In this document: in pieces, positions 35,125 to 47,500 of the stretch
Layout: each line of letters opens with the position of its first letter
How positions within the stretch are numbered: the stretch's first letter is position 1
Origin: Asterionella formosa
Lineage: Eukaryota
NCBI GenBank assembly: GCA_002256025.1
Contig: NKIB01013984.1
Span: 1 to 48,896, forward strand
Direction: 5' to 3'
DNA: 48,896 bases
Notes under the pieces: generated by a model
What the model saw: the letters and a program-made list of their open reading frames with translations, nothing else
The model's database searches: none
What the model was told of the DNA's origin: nothing
Translations under genes and position numbers: made by a program

Positions 35125-36780
35125 TTACACTGCCATTAACTTCTTTCCTTGAATGATTCGATGCACTTCCGCAAAACATAGTTTCATTATGTATTCCAGG
35201 AACTCGATGTTCTTGCATGCAATGTCGACAGTGGCCTTATGCATAAAAAACACGGTTGCCGCAATTTCGATTGTGAGACTCAGATGGGGATTTGTTCTTC
35301 CGAAATTTGTAGTTACACAGATAACACCATTACAATGTCCGCAAAGACACTGCAAATTTCAAATGATGACTAAGTCAGGATATAAACAGGATAGAATGAA
35401 AATGAATTATTAATAATAAATTTAGCATCACTCCTATCATGCTGTGCTGGACAATACAGAGTCGTGAAATTATCACTCCACCATAGTAGTAAAAATGGAG
35501 GTATACTGCTACATACAGTACCGGCGCCACTACTAGTAGTATAGAGCAACATCAATGTTTTCCTAACATCTATGATATGGTTTGTGCATTGTAGAAGTCT
35601 CACACTAACTATAATTATGATGTAACTACTAAGCATGCATTGGATTCTATTAGATCCATTCAAAATCAACATCGTCATCAATGTCCCGTTGATGATTAAT
35701 GCGGTCATTGTAATCAATATTCTTCTCAGGAACATTTGGTTGAAGTGGGCGGTTCAACATATTGATGCATATCCTCTTCACTTACATTGGGAAGTGAGAA
35801 GCATGAGTGTGGGTAGATGATATTTGTTGTGGAAGTAGCAATTCCACTAGGATTCCTTCCATATGCAGATCGACTCTTTTGTGAAAGTCCAGTGTAGATT
35901 TCCTTATAATAACCGAGTAAGCGAATCATCAGTCCATTGATCAGTGAGACCATTTGAAACTGAACTTTCTTCCCTTGCTCACACTTTTTTTGATATGTCG
36001 TTTCCCACCAATGTCGACAAAATCAGTAGAATGACGAATATCGTTCTCTGAAATTTCCTGCGTATCTGGATTAAAACCCAAATATTTTTGTTGCAATCGG
36101 AATTTTCCTTTCAGCACCAAGAAGCAAAAGGCTTCTGTACTGGCATTGATCAGCGAACCAACAAAAAGTGTTTGCAATTCACACTGTGCCCGAAGACTTA
36201 GTTGAAATTTGGTCACACCAGATTTGTCTCCTGTTAAAAATGCTTCTCCACGGCTTGTCCTGCCTATAAAATACACTTGAGCAAGAACATCACGCCAGAC
36301 TTGGTATCCTTGGCTTCCCCTGCCCTGTCAATGTCCTTTGACTGCGCAAAACGATAAAGCGTGAACGCCCACCTAATAAAGTCATCAATATCCATAGTCT
36401 GGAAGTTATATTCTGTTAGACCAGCTGGTGTGTCATGAATTATGTTAGCATTTTTAAATTGAAACATATTTGATAAGAATATAATCACTGACTCAAAACA
36501 TCATGCTTTCAGAGCATCGCCCTGCATGCTGAACTTACCTAAGATTCCTTTAAATTGATTATTCAATAATTCTGACATTCTCTCGCTCAACTTAAATGTT
36601 CATTTAATATAATCGAAACGTGCCTTGTTGGTATGTTCAATGGTCTGATTCATCGGAAGTAGTGCATCAGAACCATTCCATATGAAATCGGCAAGCTCTG
36701 GGTCACTCTCCAATTCTTTGCCTAACTCCAGCTTCACTGAAATAGCCAAGTTAGGCAACATTGGGCAAACTAATCCTTTT
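35125..36780 (-). pseudogene. disrupted unknown gene upstream of the Plavaka-like transposase
   Basis: A chain of protein-like minus-strand ORF pieces (36488-36264, 36276-35941, 35953-35726, 35355-35125), the last containing CLCGHC. No family recognised. Confidence 0.4.
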
Positions 36781-36916
36781 TGTGATTGGAAATGCCTATC
36801 ATACTACTTGGACCAGATAGGGCGGGATGTTTGATTCTCTTTTGGGACCAGGAAAAAGCACATTAGATTGATATTCTTTTTTACAGTACCTGCAATTCGC
36901 GAAATAGCATATTTTG

Positions 36917-37370
36917 TTTTCAATTATACAAGAATACAATCTTTTTACTATGATGCTTTACTGTCCCACTGTAGTAGCAACAGTCTTGAACATATGGAGT
37001 TCTATTGCTCGCTTACAACCCTCTTTCAATTTTACGATCATACGATCCTGAACTATGATGATTTACTGTCGCTCCCGCTGCAGTAGCAACAGTCATGAAC
37101 ATCTGGTGCTCTGTTGTTTGCTTACTACTCCGACTATCTTTTTTTCAATTTTATGATCATATGATCCTGAAACTATGATGCTTTTTGTCCCGCTGCATTA
37201 GTAGCAGTCATGAACATATGGTGCTCTGTTGCTTGCTTAGTACTTCTCCGACTATCCTTTTTCAATTTTATGATCATACAATCCTAAAACTATGATGATT
37301 TACTGTCCCACTGCAGTAGCAACAGTCATAAAGATATGTTGTTCTGTTGCTTGCTTACTACTCTGACTAC
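36917..37370. repeat. ~105-120 bp imperfect tandem repeat, ~4 copies
   Basis: Anchor ACTATGATG at 36947, 37052, 37172 and 37289, each followed by variants of ctg(c/t)agtagcaacagtc.tgaacat..gg..(c/t)tct.ttg.t.gctta. Confidence 0.9.
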
Positions 37371-38294
37371 CCCCAGGATATCACTTCCTACCTGCTACTG
37401 GTACTCTGTATGTATATGATAAAATGTTATTGTCGTATGATGTACCAGAACACATGAAGAACTCCCGCCCAAAAAAGGGGCTTAATCAATTTGCTACCAA
37501 AATTCTCGTGTATAAATAATGATACAAATGGGTTATGACTTACACCAATTTAATGGTCTGCCTGTAAATAATTAGTTCCAATGGACATAGAAATATTGAT
37601 GCAAACAAATTTCAAAAAAACAGTACCGGTACACGAAGTTGTGGAAAACAATGGACATATTGTGCATTGAATATTTTCGAATTATCTTTATGGGAATATG
37701 ATCATCTCAACAATACCAGACGTTCCATATTGAGAGTGCCTTTGATTTTTATAAATGTACGACACTTGATATATTTATATATTTACAAATTTTATTACTA
37801 TATACATGGCAAATATAATTGAAATCGTTCTGTTATGTTAACAAACAATGCCTGCTTCATGAAAAGAAACATCGTAGTAAAGCACATGACAAGAAAGGAA
37901 AGTTTATGCAATACATAACGAAAAACATTGTGGCTTCAACACATTGCGCCTTCGAAGGATGGAGTATGTTTAAGGTAATGAAGCCATCAATGTGGTACTT
38001 GGATGACAATTCTTGGGAGGCAGGACAACAACAAATTGCAAACTAAATGCACATTTCCTTTTTTCTCAGTTGAATCAACAGGCAGCTTGTTTCGCTTGTT
38101 GGGGAGCACCAATCTAAAACAAAACAAAATTGGTAAGTGCTCTTGTCATTGGTCTTATTCACTTCTGATGGAACATAACTGACGGACATGCCACGTTTAC
38201 CTTTTCTCAAAGTTTAGCTAACAAAAATGAATCGGTAAGTTTTAATTGACAATATTGGAAACCTGAAACTTACTTATTCAAGAATTTACTGACA

Positions 38295-38364
38295 ATTTAC
38301 TATTACAGACTTATGCATCACTTGCTTTGATTTACTATTACAGACTTATGCATCAGTTGCTTTG
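38295..38364. repeat. 35-bp tandem duplication
   Basis: atttactattacagacttatgcatca(c/g)ttgctttg, two copies. Confidence 0.9.
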
Positions 38365-39011
38365 ATTTGTGGTAAGTGAAGCAAGCAAGAGGATACGATG
38401 TAATGGCTTGATGTTGTGTCAGTGTAACATGTCTAGCTAACAAGTCATTCCTTCTCATTTTTACTGTAAGTGCATAGGACAATAAGACGGATCGAACAAC
38501 GGAATAGTCGGCGAGTTCAGAATGAAATTAACAGCAGGGAGAGAGACACAACATTAGTAAAGCATTGCTTGGCACAAGATTCAGAAAAGAGGAAGAAAAG
38601 GGCAAGACAGGAACATTATATATTGAGATGAGTGGAGAGGAGAGAAACATTCCTCGGGTAGCTGTTGAAACAGAAGTGTCATAGTTTAATTAGTTAATTA
38701 AATGGATTGAACAATGCTTGTGATTAGAATTATGATCATGTTTAAGATAGTTTTACGATAAAACAATTCACATGATAGCATAGAGTTGAGCTGATTCTAG
38801 GATGTGTTTGTTGTAATGATTTACATTGGGCGATCATGAGAAGTGAAAATAATATGAGAAGGTTTTATGATATTGATGAGAAATGTTGTTGATCAGTTGA
38901 TATACATTGTGTGATGATAATGTTCTTATTATCATTATACTTCAAGGTCTGTAAAATATTAATAAATCATCATGTTTATAGGATACTTTGATCATAGTTT
39001 TGATCCAAAAA

Positions 39012-39754
39012 TTAGATTGTAGACTTGGGCATGTTGGCATCATCATCCATATACACCTCAGAGAATTCTAATTTTCCAGGTATGTACCTATCTTCAACTT
39101 CCACTACCAAACTAGCTAAATGTTTCCTTGGAGTTTTGAAGTCAGTGGCAGCAGTGACTCTAACAACCATGGCCTGCACATCAAAGCTTTGTTGCTTGCT
39201 GGCCGGAATCTTCATCCTCCAAATCCTTGCTGTCACCTTCAAGGTTGGCACCAGGTTCTCCAGCCGAAACTTCCAATTTAAAAGCCTCAAAAAAGGATCC
39301 ACTGCTCCTGGATCAAGCGTTTGGTCCTCAAAGAAGCCATTAAAGGTGGTTGTTCTGAAAGTCCACCTTTACCCAACCTTGGAGTTAACAAAGCCGATTT
39401 CGCCTTTGTAGCTGATATGTAGAATGAATCAGGAACTACAATATGTTTTTCTGCTTTCCTATGATTCTTGACCATGCAATCCCCTTCCTTTTGAATACAA
39501 AACTTCAGGGCTACACTATTCACCGTCAACACCACACAGCAACACAGGTCCAAACCATACGATCCCACATCCATCAATTCCACCAATTTTCTCTCTGATC
39601 CGCTCACCCCCCTGTGACCCCACCTCCCAAAAAAGGTAAAAGCTGAACCCATCGACGAAGGGGTACCTGATAGCTTTTGTTCAACCAATGACGTCGCTGG
39701 AAGCACTGGCAGTGCATCACCTAAAAGTGCGTTAAAGTCAAAGTTCTCCATCAA
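39012..39754 (-). pseudogene. frameshifted, truncated ORF with a Cys/His cluster, probably the first ORF of a mobile element
   Basis: Two overlapping ORFs (39754-39287 and 39302-39012) contain LCCCVV...KFCIQ...C.VKNH. They sit directly downstream of the 304-bp array on the minus strand. Confidence 0.45.
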
Positions 39755-40050
39755 ATGTGTACATTTTTCTTCTTCCTCTTGATGCGACTGCGTACTCCAC
39801 AGATGATCAGTCCTCTAGAGCAGCAACCAGCAAGAGCAACAAGGCTCAACAAGTGTATCGACTTCTTGTAATTCTGTTGATAGCAACAGAATCAGAAAGT
39901 GCGGCTTTTCAGCCCCACACCGTCGTCCTCTCATTTGCTGTAGTGTCAGCCAGCGCACGACAGACGTACCTCTGTCTGTTCGGACGCCTGTGCTTGTGAA
40001 CATACCTCAAACCTGCTTAGCAGGAAGCACGCAGTGGTTAGGCCCATGGC

Positions 40051-41286
40051 TGTTAGATTTCGATTTCACTTCCACACATACCGTAGTTAGTCAGTACAGT
40101 CCTTCATTCAAATTATGGACTCGTGCCAAAGATTTCGATTTCCCTTCAACACATAGTACAGCCCTTAATTCAAATTGCGGTTTCGCGCCAAAGGCAATTG
40201 TTAGTTCGATCTCGGTTTCCACCTTTCATCACAGCCCTTTTTGTTCTAAAAGACGTTGAGGGAAGGTGAGATGGCCTGTCGGGCATGCCGTTGGTGAACT
40301 ATTTTGATTTGCCTGGTACTGCCAACCAGGTACCGTATATGTACGCGCTCACAGTTCTTCACGAACATTCTTAGTTCTTCAGTACCGGTAACCTGCTGCC
40401 TGGTACGACAAACCGGTTAGGCCACGGTTGTTAGATTTCGATTTCCCTTCCACACGTAGTACAGCCCTTCATTCAAATTGCGGACTCGCACCAAAGGCAA
40501 TTGTTAGTTCGATTTCGGTCGCCAACTATCATTACAGCCCTTTTTGTTCTAAAAGACGTTGAGGGAAGGTGAGATGGCCTGTCGGGCATGCCGTTGGTGA
40601 ACTGTTTTGATGTACCTTGTACTGCCTAACAGGTACCGTATATGTTCGCGCTAACAGTTCTGCACGAACATATCTTAGTTCTTCAGTACCGCTAACCTGC
40701 TTCCTGGTACGATAAACCGGTTAAGCTACGGTTGTTAGATTTCGATTTCCCTTCCACACGTAGTACAGCCCTTCATTCAAATTGCGGACTCGCACCAAAG
40801 GCAATTGTTAGTTCGATTTCGGTCGCCAACTATCATTACAGCCCTTTTTGTTCTAAAAGACGTTGAGGGAAGGTGAGATGGCCTGTCGGGCATGCCGTTG
40901 GTGAACTGTTTTGATGTACCTTGTACTGCCTAACAGGTACCGTATATGTTCGCGCTAACAGTTCTGCACGAACATATCTTAGTTCTTCAGTACCGCTAAC
41001 CTGCTTCCTGGTACGATAAACCGGTTAAGCTACGGTTGTTAGATTTCGATTTCCATTCCACACGTAGTACAGCCCTTCATTCAAATTGCGGATTCGCGCC
41101 AAAGGCAATTGTTAGTTCGATTTCGGTTTCCAACTATTATTACAGCCCTTTTTGTTTAAAAGGACGTTGAGGGAAAGTGAGATGGCCTGTCGGGCATGCC
41201 GTTGGTGAACTGTTTTGATGTACCTGGTACTGCCTACCAGATATCGTTTGAAGACTTCCCCGGGATGTATCATTACAGCCCTTTTT
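40051..41286. repeat. ~304-bp tandem repeat, ~4 copies plus partial flanks
   Basis: Anchor GATTTCGATTTC at 40131, 40434, 40738 and 41042. The two central units look identical by eye and the outer units are diverged. Confidence 0.95.
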
Positions 41287-41323
41287 TGTAGCTACCGTAT
41301 GATTCGAATCAACAGACGAACTT

Positions 41324-41345
41324 TTAGGGTTTGGGTTAGGGTTAG
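41324..41345 (+). repeat. interstitial telomere-like repeat
   Basis: TTAGGG TTTGGG TTAGGG TTAG. Confidence 0.75.
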
Positions 41346-41550
41346 CTGAAAGTGGTGGACTGAAAAAGTACTTAACGTTCAAACTGCTGAGATTTTTAAG
41401 AGGTCGTTAGCTATATCGTACGTTCACCTATTATTCAAACTGACTTACTTGTTTGTTGCATTTTTTTGCGGTTACTATTTCCAAGACCCCTTAATTTATT
41501 TTCCTACGTAAAATTGTCGTGAAAACCGGTTTTTTTAATCCCAGCCTACA

Positions 41551-44500
41551 ATGACGACTTCCCACGTTTGGCTTGCAGACAGGCTCGAGCACTACCACGA
41601 CGACGACGAAGACGACTATTCTCCAGTAGCTGATCCGTTGAGCTGTGACGGATTAGAATTGCAAGAGGACGACGACGACGACGACGACGCAATGGAATCT
41701 GACGAAAATTTGAAACCACAAGAAAACCTGAAACTTGTTGCGATGGCTGCTACGTGCAATGCCGCTCAATATGGGCCCGGCCTTCATCACGTAGCCGATC
41801 CTGTCGTATTGCATGAAGCAGACGAGAAAGAAGAATCTCTAGGAGCTGAAGAATCTCTTGGAGCTGAAGAATCTCTTGGAGCTGAAGAATCTCTTGGAGC
41901 TGAAGAATCTCTAGGAGCTGACAATGATTTGAAGCACACAGGAACCGGCGAGCTTCAAGGACCCGCTGATGGCGGAACCGCAGACATGGAAAGTCAGTAC
42001 GATGCCGACGCTGGCCATACCAAGAAAGACACAGACCTTGGTTTTGAGTCTGCTCTTGCTATTGTTCAGTCGATTTTGGAGCAGATTACTCTCAATGATT
42101 CACCTCCAATGAACGAGGGCATGCCTTTTTCGCCAAGCAAAGGACCGGCTACACACAACACTCTTGGAACATCCCATCGCTCGGACCGACAAAAGGCATC
42201 GCGACAGCAGCATGCTATGTCTCCATGTAATGCAGGAGAAATTCAGTGTAAGCCTTCGCTGAGTCCAACAGAGAATTCCGCCAGTGGTTCAGAATCAGCG
42301 AGCCTTTTGTCCAGCATCGGATGGTTCGGTCAACCATCAACGGAAGAAACTAACGAGACTGCCTTGCTGTATCAAGGTCAGTACCAGAAATCGCAATCAA
42401 GAGCGGAAATGAAGATGGGAAATGTAGCTTTAACGACTCTATGTCATTGTACTTTATCTTCGTTGACAACATGCGATCTAATTCCTCAAGGAAAGCATCA
42501 GGAGTATTTACAAGAAGTGACGCGCGACGAAAACAACAAGCCTAATCTGACCATCGAAACTGAGAATCCCGAGTCTCCTGGAAAACGGCAAGCTTCACCT
42601 ACTAAATGGATTCTCAAAAAGCTAGTTTTTCCTGAGAAAAAGTCATTACCATCTCCTCCACAGACCTCCCCCAAGACTATGGCGAACTCATGGCCGGTGA
42701 ACTCATGGCGGGCTCGGAATAAAGTTAATTCCAAGTCACCGTCCCACCCAGACCCACCTGGCTATGTGATTAATTCGGGAATCGATCATGATAAGGATAT
42801 GGGCGGATTACAGTGGGAAATGCAAGAAGCTTTGCAATCGGACGACGAGCTCATGGAGAACTCCAATTTGCCAACTCCGAGGAATCACGGTGGGATTGAC
42901 TGGGATGACTGCAATATTTCTATCGAAAATCATTACCGTGATCACCAACTACAAGATACTCTTACGCATTCGCAATCTGAAGAAAATATTATCGAGGAGC
43001 CTGAAAAAGATATTGTAAATGATCTGCACTCACACTTTGCTCATCCAGAGCCCTACTCGCCCCGCTACACCTCACCATCCCACTCTCATTTTCACCTAAT
43101 CACTGCTCCGTCGAACCAACCTCGCTTGCAGATGTTCGGGTCTGAGTATGCTCGTTTTCTTTCCTCAACTGCTCTTGCTCCCGATCATCTCCAGCCCAAC
43201 CTGAAAACTCTCAAGGGTCAACGTCAGCCTACGTGGAAACGATCCGGACAGCCGCGCAACCGTCAATATCGATCAATTGGAAGTGATCACACATTACGAT
43301 TGAACAGTAAGACACTCAACATTGAAGACGCTGATAACGCTGTGTTGACAGGCGCTATTACAGATATACTTGTTACACACGGAACGGAGCAACCACCAAA
43401 GGGATACTACCGTATCTCACAAACGGCAGACGGCGACGATTTCAATGCCTTGCTACGGAATACGCCGACGCGTATTACTAGCGGAAAAACGACTCAAGTT
43501 CATATTAATGTCAAGAAGGAAGCCAACTGGGATAGGGCCGTCCAAAGACCTTGCGTGACTGCGTTGGCGGTAATTTTCCCCGACCGAAAAGAGTTTGTCC
43601 CTCCTGGCTTCTGTGTGGTGCGGAGGTTTGGAAAAGTCGACGACGAGTCATCAAAGTCGTCTACTATCAGTTCCGCCAATTTAAACTATGGATCCAGTGG
43701 AGAACGGGTTTTTCTTTGCTATCGTCGTTCCAGAGAAGGAAACCCGATCACAGGAATCTTGCCTCTACAGCCGTCTTATCGTGAATTCATCCCAGACGGT
43801 TACACTGTCTTAGAGCGGACTCCTCGCAATCATGTTGCTAATATCAACTCTAAGGCCGGAGAACCTGTATTTTTGGCCTTTCGCCAACGACTTGCATCGC
43901 TCGAGCCTCTTCGACCCCTTCCCCTTCTTTTGTCAGTGTACCACGATGTCATGATGCGAAGCACGCCCGAAGAGGGTGCTTCACCAGAAAACTCTAAGAG
44001 TCGCTTGAAAACATTATTTCGACGATCGCGTCTTCAAGCTTACTACTGCACCGGCGGTACTGTTGTGGGATCGGAAGTGGGTCGCTTTCACATTATGGAT
44101 CGCTCAACTCACCCATTGTTGAGCCCTAGCTCAGTATCGAATCGATTGTCTCTGATAGAAGCATCGAGACAAAAGGCAAGTGCTGGCATACCCAAGGTGA
44201 TAACGCCGAAGTACATTTCCAGAAATGAGCATGCCTCCAGTGACTTTTCTCACAGCCAATCATCAAATGCATATTCTCAGCAAGAATCCACCTTTGGCGA
44301 CTATTTTGAATCAAGTCAATCATTCACAAGTGAGCTAGGATTGGCAGGAGATGCTTGGGCTTCTATAGTTGGTGGTTCTCCTGCTTCATTCTCAACGACT
44401 TCTGATTTTTTATCCAAAATGAGGACAAATACTTCTGTTTCAGACGGAAATAGCAACACATCATTTGAATCGTTTGATCACAATACATTGTCTGTCAGCA

Positions 44501-47500
44501 CTTTTTCACAATCATCAGAATTGTGTGAAAACAAACTGAATTATTCCAGTCCACCGATTCAGAAAAGAAGAAGTACTTCTCTGAAGAGCTATTTCGCAAC
44601 AGATGACTTGGTGTTGAAGATGTGCGTAGCAGTTGTGTCATTTATCCCCTCGGTCACAAGTTCGAATGGTTCCACGAAAGAACTGGAAGCAAGAGCAGCC
44701 CTTTTGACCCCAATCCTCACCTGTTGCTACACTCATCACGGGGGTGCTTCTCTCATTGCAATTGACGGTCTAACGAAGCTGTTGAAGGAAACTGATTTCT
44801 TTCTTCATGATGTTGGGATTGACAGATCAAATGAAAAACTTACGTTACTGGACATTGCAATCCAGGCAGTGTGCGACGTTGCCACGTCGACTTCTCGTGA
44901 GACAAGCTTTGGATCATGTATTGAGTTCGTCCAGCATGCCATCTTGCTGGCCAGGGGACAGTTGAACACGCGAACTATTGGTTACGTGCTGAGATTTTAC
45001 CTCTTCATATTTTATTTCGGAGCCAGTGTTCCAACATCCTCTTCTGCCCCAAATCCACTATGGACAAGTTATGACAGGAATGGACAGAAGGGACGCAGTG
45101 TTATAGCATCAGATGATGTCCCAATTCTTTTTGACACCTTAAACGAAATTGGGACAAAACAGTACTTTCCAGGAGGTGCTCCTCAGGCAGCCGTGCTCGC
45201 CCTTAAAGAAATGGTTACGTCAGTTCTTGGCAGGATATCAGCCTTGTCGATTCAAAAAGCCTCGCACATATCAAATTCGACAGACCAAATTTTAATGGAA
45301 CAAACCAGTGCAGATGATTTGGGTTCTTTTATTAACGGAATAGTTTCGCAGCTCATCGATAGTGCTGCCAATCGCCTGGATCTCGCTAATTTCAATCAGT
45401 TGGCCATTCACCAAATTCATCGATCGGGAGGAAGTGAGCTGTTTTGGTATGATATGATGACATCGTGTGGAAGTGGTCTGTTTGGAAACATGAAGGCGTT
45501 ACCTGATGAGTTACGCAACGTTTTTATTATGAATTTTGCACAACTGGCAAATTTGGTAAAGGTGTCGTCTGGGAAGGTACGCAAAATCTCGACAGCTGGC
45601 CTTTTTGTTTCGCGTGATATCGTCAGCAAGATGATGAGCCTAGAGCTTTTGCTTCATTTTCTGGACAGGTTGGAATTCGAAGCCACCATTGTCCGACGCG
45701 ACAATGAGTCAAACAAAGGCGTTATAACCACCGCGATCCAGACGCTGGTATTTTCTGTCCGGCGTCTAGTAGTTCCTTGTATAATTGGCAACACCACTTG
45801 TGGCCTTCAAGACTCTCGAATCTTTCGCCGGATGGTACAGCTTATCTCGAAGTTGTGGCGAACACCCCTCTTTCGGCGTGAAATGAAGATGGAGCTCGGG
45901 GTTCTTATTGAACACTTTGGACTTAAATTATTGCAGCTTGGCCCCCAACTCTTGCCTCCGCACAGAATGAGCGAGTTAAATCCTCATGCCATTGAACCTA
46001 CCACCGAAAAGCAGAATTTTGGTGATATCTCTGATCCTTTGTATCTTCAGCAAATTGACATGTTATTTGAGATACAAAGTTGGTTCAAAGACGACTGTCA
46101 AGATCTTACTTTGATGTTCCTGAATTATGACACAAATATATCAAACAGCTTTGAAGGTCCAAGTCAATTAATGCCAGGTACCCAATGGAAGTTATGCCAG
46201 CAGCTCTGTTCTGCTATTTGCTCACTTGCTCACAAGTCTAGCGATTTCATTGCAATGCAGATTAAGGATAGCAATTCCAACTCTGGCACAATTTCTCCGT
46301 CGAAGAAGTCACCCACCAAAGAAGCTCAAATGCAAGTTGAAGACGCCTTTGCTAAAGGGGAGATTGAGACTGAAACATTGCACCTTCGTGCTAGACAGAT
46401 ACAAAAACATGCAATGGAAACCGCGGGAGAAATCATGAAAGCTTACGCAACTGCAGCCGCCAAATCACAAGGAAATCGAACCAAGGCAACGTTCTTGAGG
46501 GAGGAATATGAAGGGCCATGTACCGAAACAGGATTTGCATCAGACTCACCGCCAGGAGAACAAGGTGACAACGGTATCTTAACCTACTGGCAAAACTCGA
46601 TAGCTGCCAGAAAGTTTACTCCTCCAGCTCCTAAATCGCAAAAGTTAGCAAGAATCCTACGTGACCGCAGCTCCGAAATGCTCCACGCAAATGTTGATTC
46701 ACAAGAATTCGTTCAGGAATGCTACAAAGACCGGAGTCAACAAAAAAATACAGAAAGAAGCCTTCAAGTAGCCTTTGCAATCTCACAGAAGCAGAGTTTA
46801 AAGAAAGCAGTAGATTATCTTGTTGTTGAGAATGTTTTGTCTCCATCGCCACGTGACATTGCTGCCTTCTTAAGAATTCACCACGCAAAGTTTGACCCAA
46901 CCATGCTTGGCGAATATCTTGGTGAAGGTGGCCTCCAAGCAGAAGAGGAGCACTGGAATCTGATTCGTTTCCATTACGTCCGTGCAATTTCATTTGTTGG
47001 ACTTAACGCTGAACAGGGGCTTCGACACTTCCTCACAAATTGCGGTTTTAGACTGCCTGGAGAGGCGCAAAGGATTGACCGCATTATTACAACGTTTTCT
47101 CAATGCTATTGGGAGGACAATGCTGGAGATCACACTCGTTGTCCGTTTACTGACCAAGACGTTGTTTTCTTGATTTCCTTTGCTATTATCATGCTTAACA
47201 CAGACATCCACAAGCGATACCCATCGCACATGAAGATTGCAAAATCAAGGAAGAAGAGGAAGGTAATGACCAAGACTGAGTTCATCAACAATCTCCGAGG
47301 TGTGGACAATAATGAAGAACTCAGTCATGAATACATAGGTTTAATTTATGATTCAATCGAGGCTTCCCCAATCGAGCTGTTTGATGATAAATTGGAACTG
47401 GGCAATCCAATAGACTCAACCTCCTGCCGTTTGGCACCCATGTGTTCTGCCAAAGCCAGTGGAAAACAAGATTTGGCTTGTATGCTGAAGGCAATGCTAA

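Larger units (their letters stand above)
29699..39026. mobile_element. putative ~9.3 kb decayed DNA transposon with a Plavaka-like transposase and cargo ORFs
   Basis: RT homology stops abruptly at CACCGTCTGCAA (29699). Both end regions are AT-rich and dense in TGATCA/ATGAT words. A transposase remnant lies inside. Boundaries are inferred. Confidence 0.5.

Noticed and set aside
40030..41245. tRNA/SINE or 5S origin for the 304-bp unit (GTTCGATT and AGTGGTTAGG words), or a CRISPR array
   Set aside because: No cloverleaf or 5S similarity could be built. Whole units repeat with no unique spacers, so it is not CRISPR.
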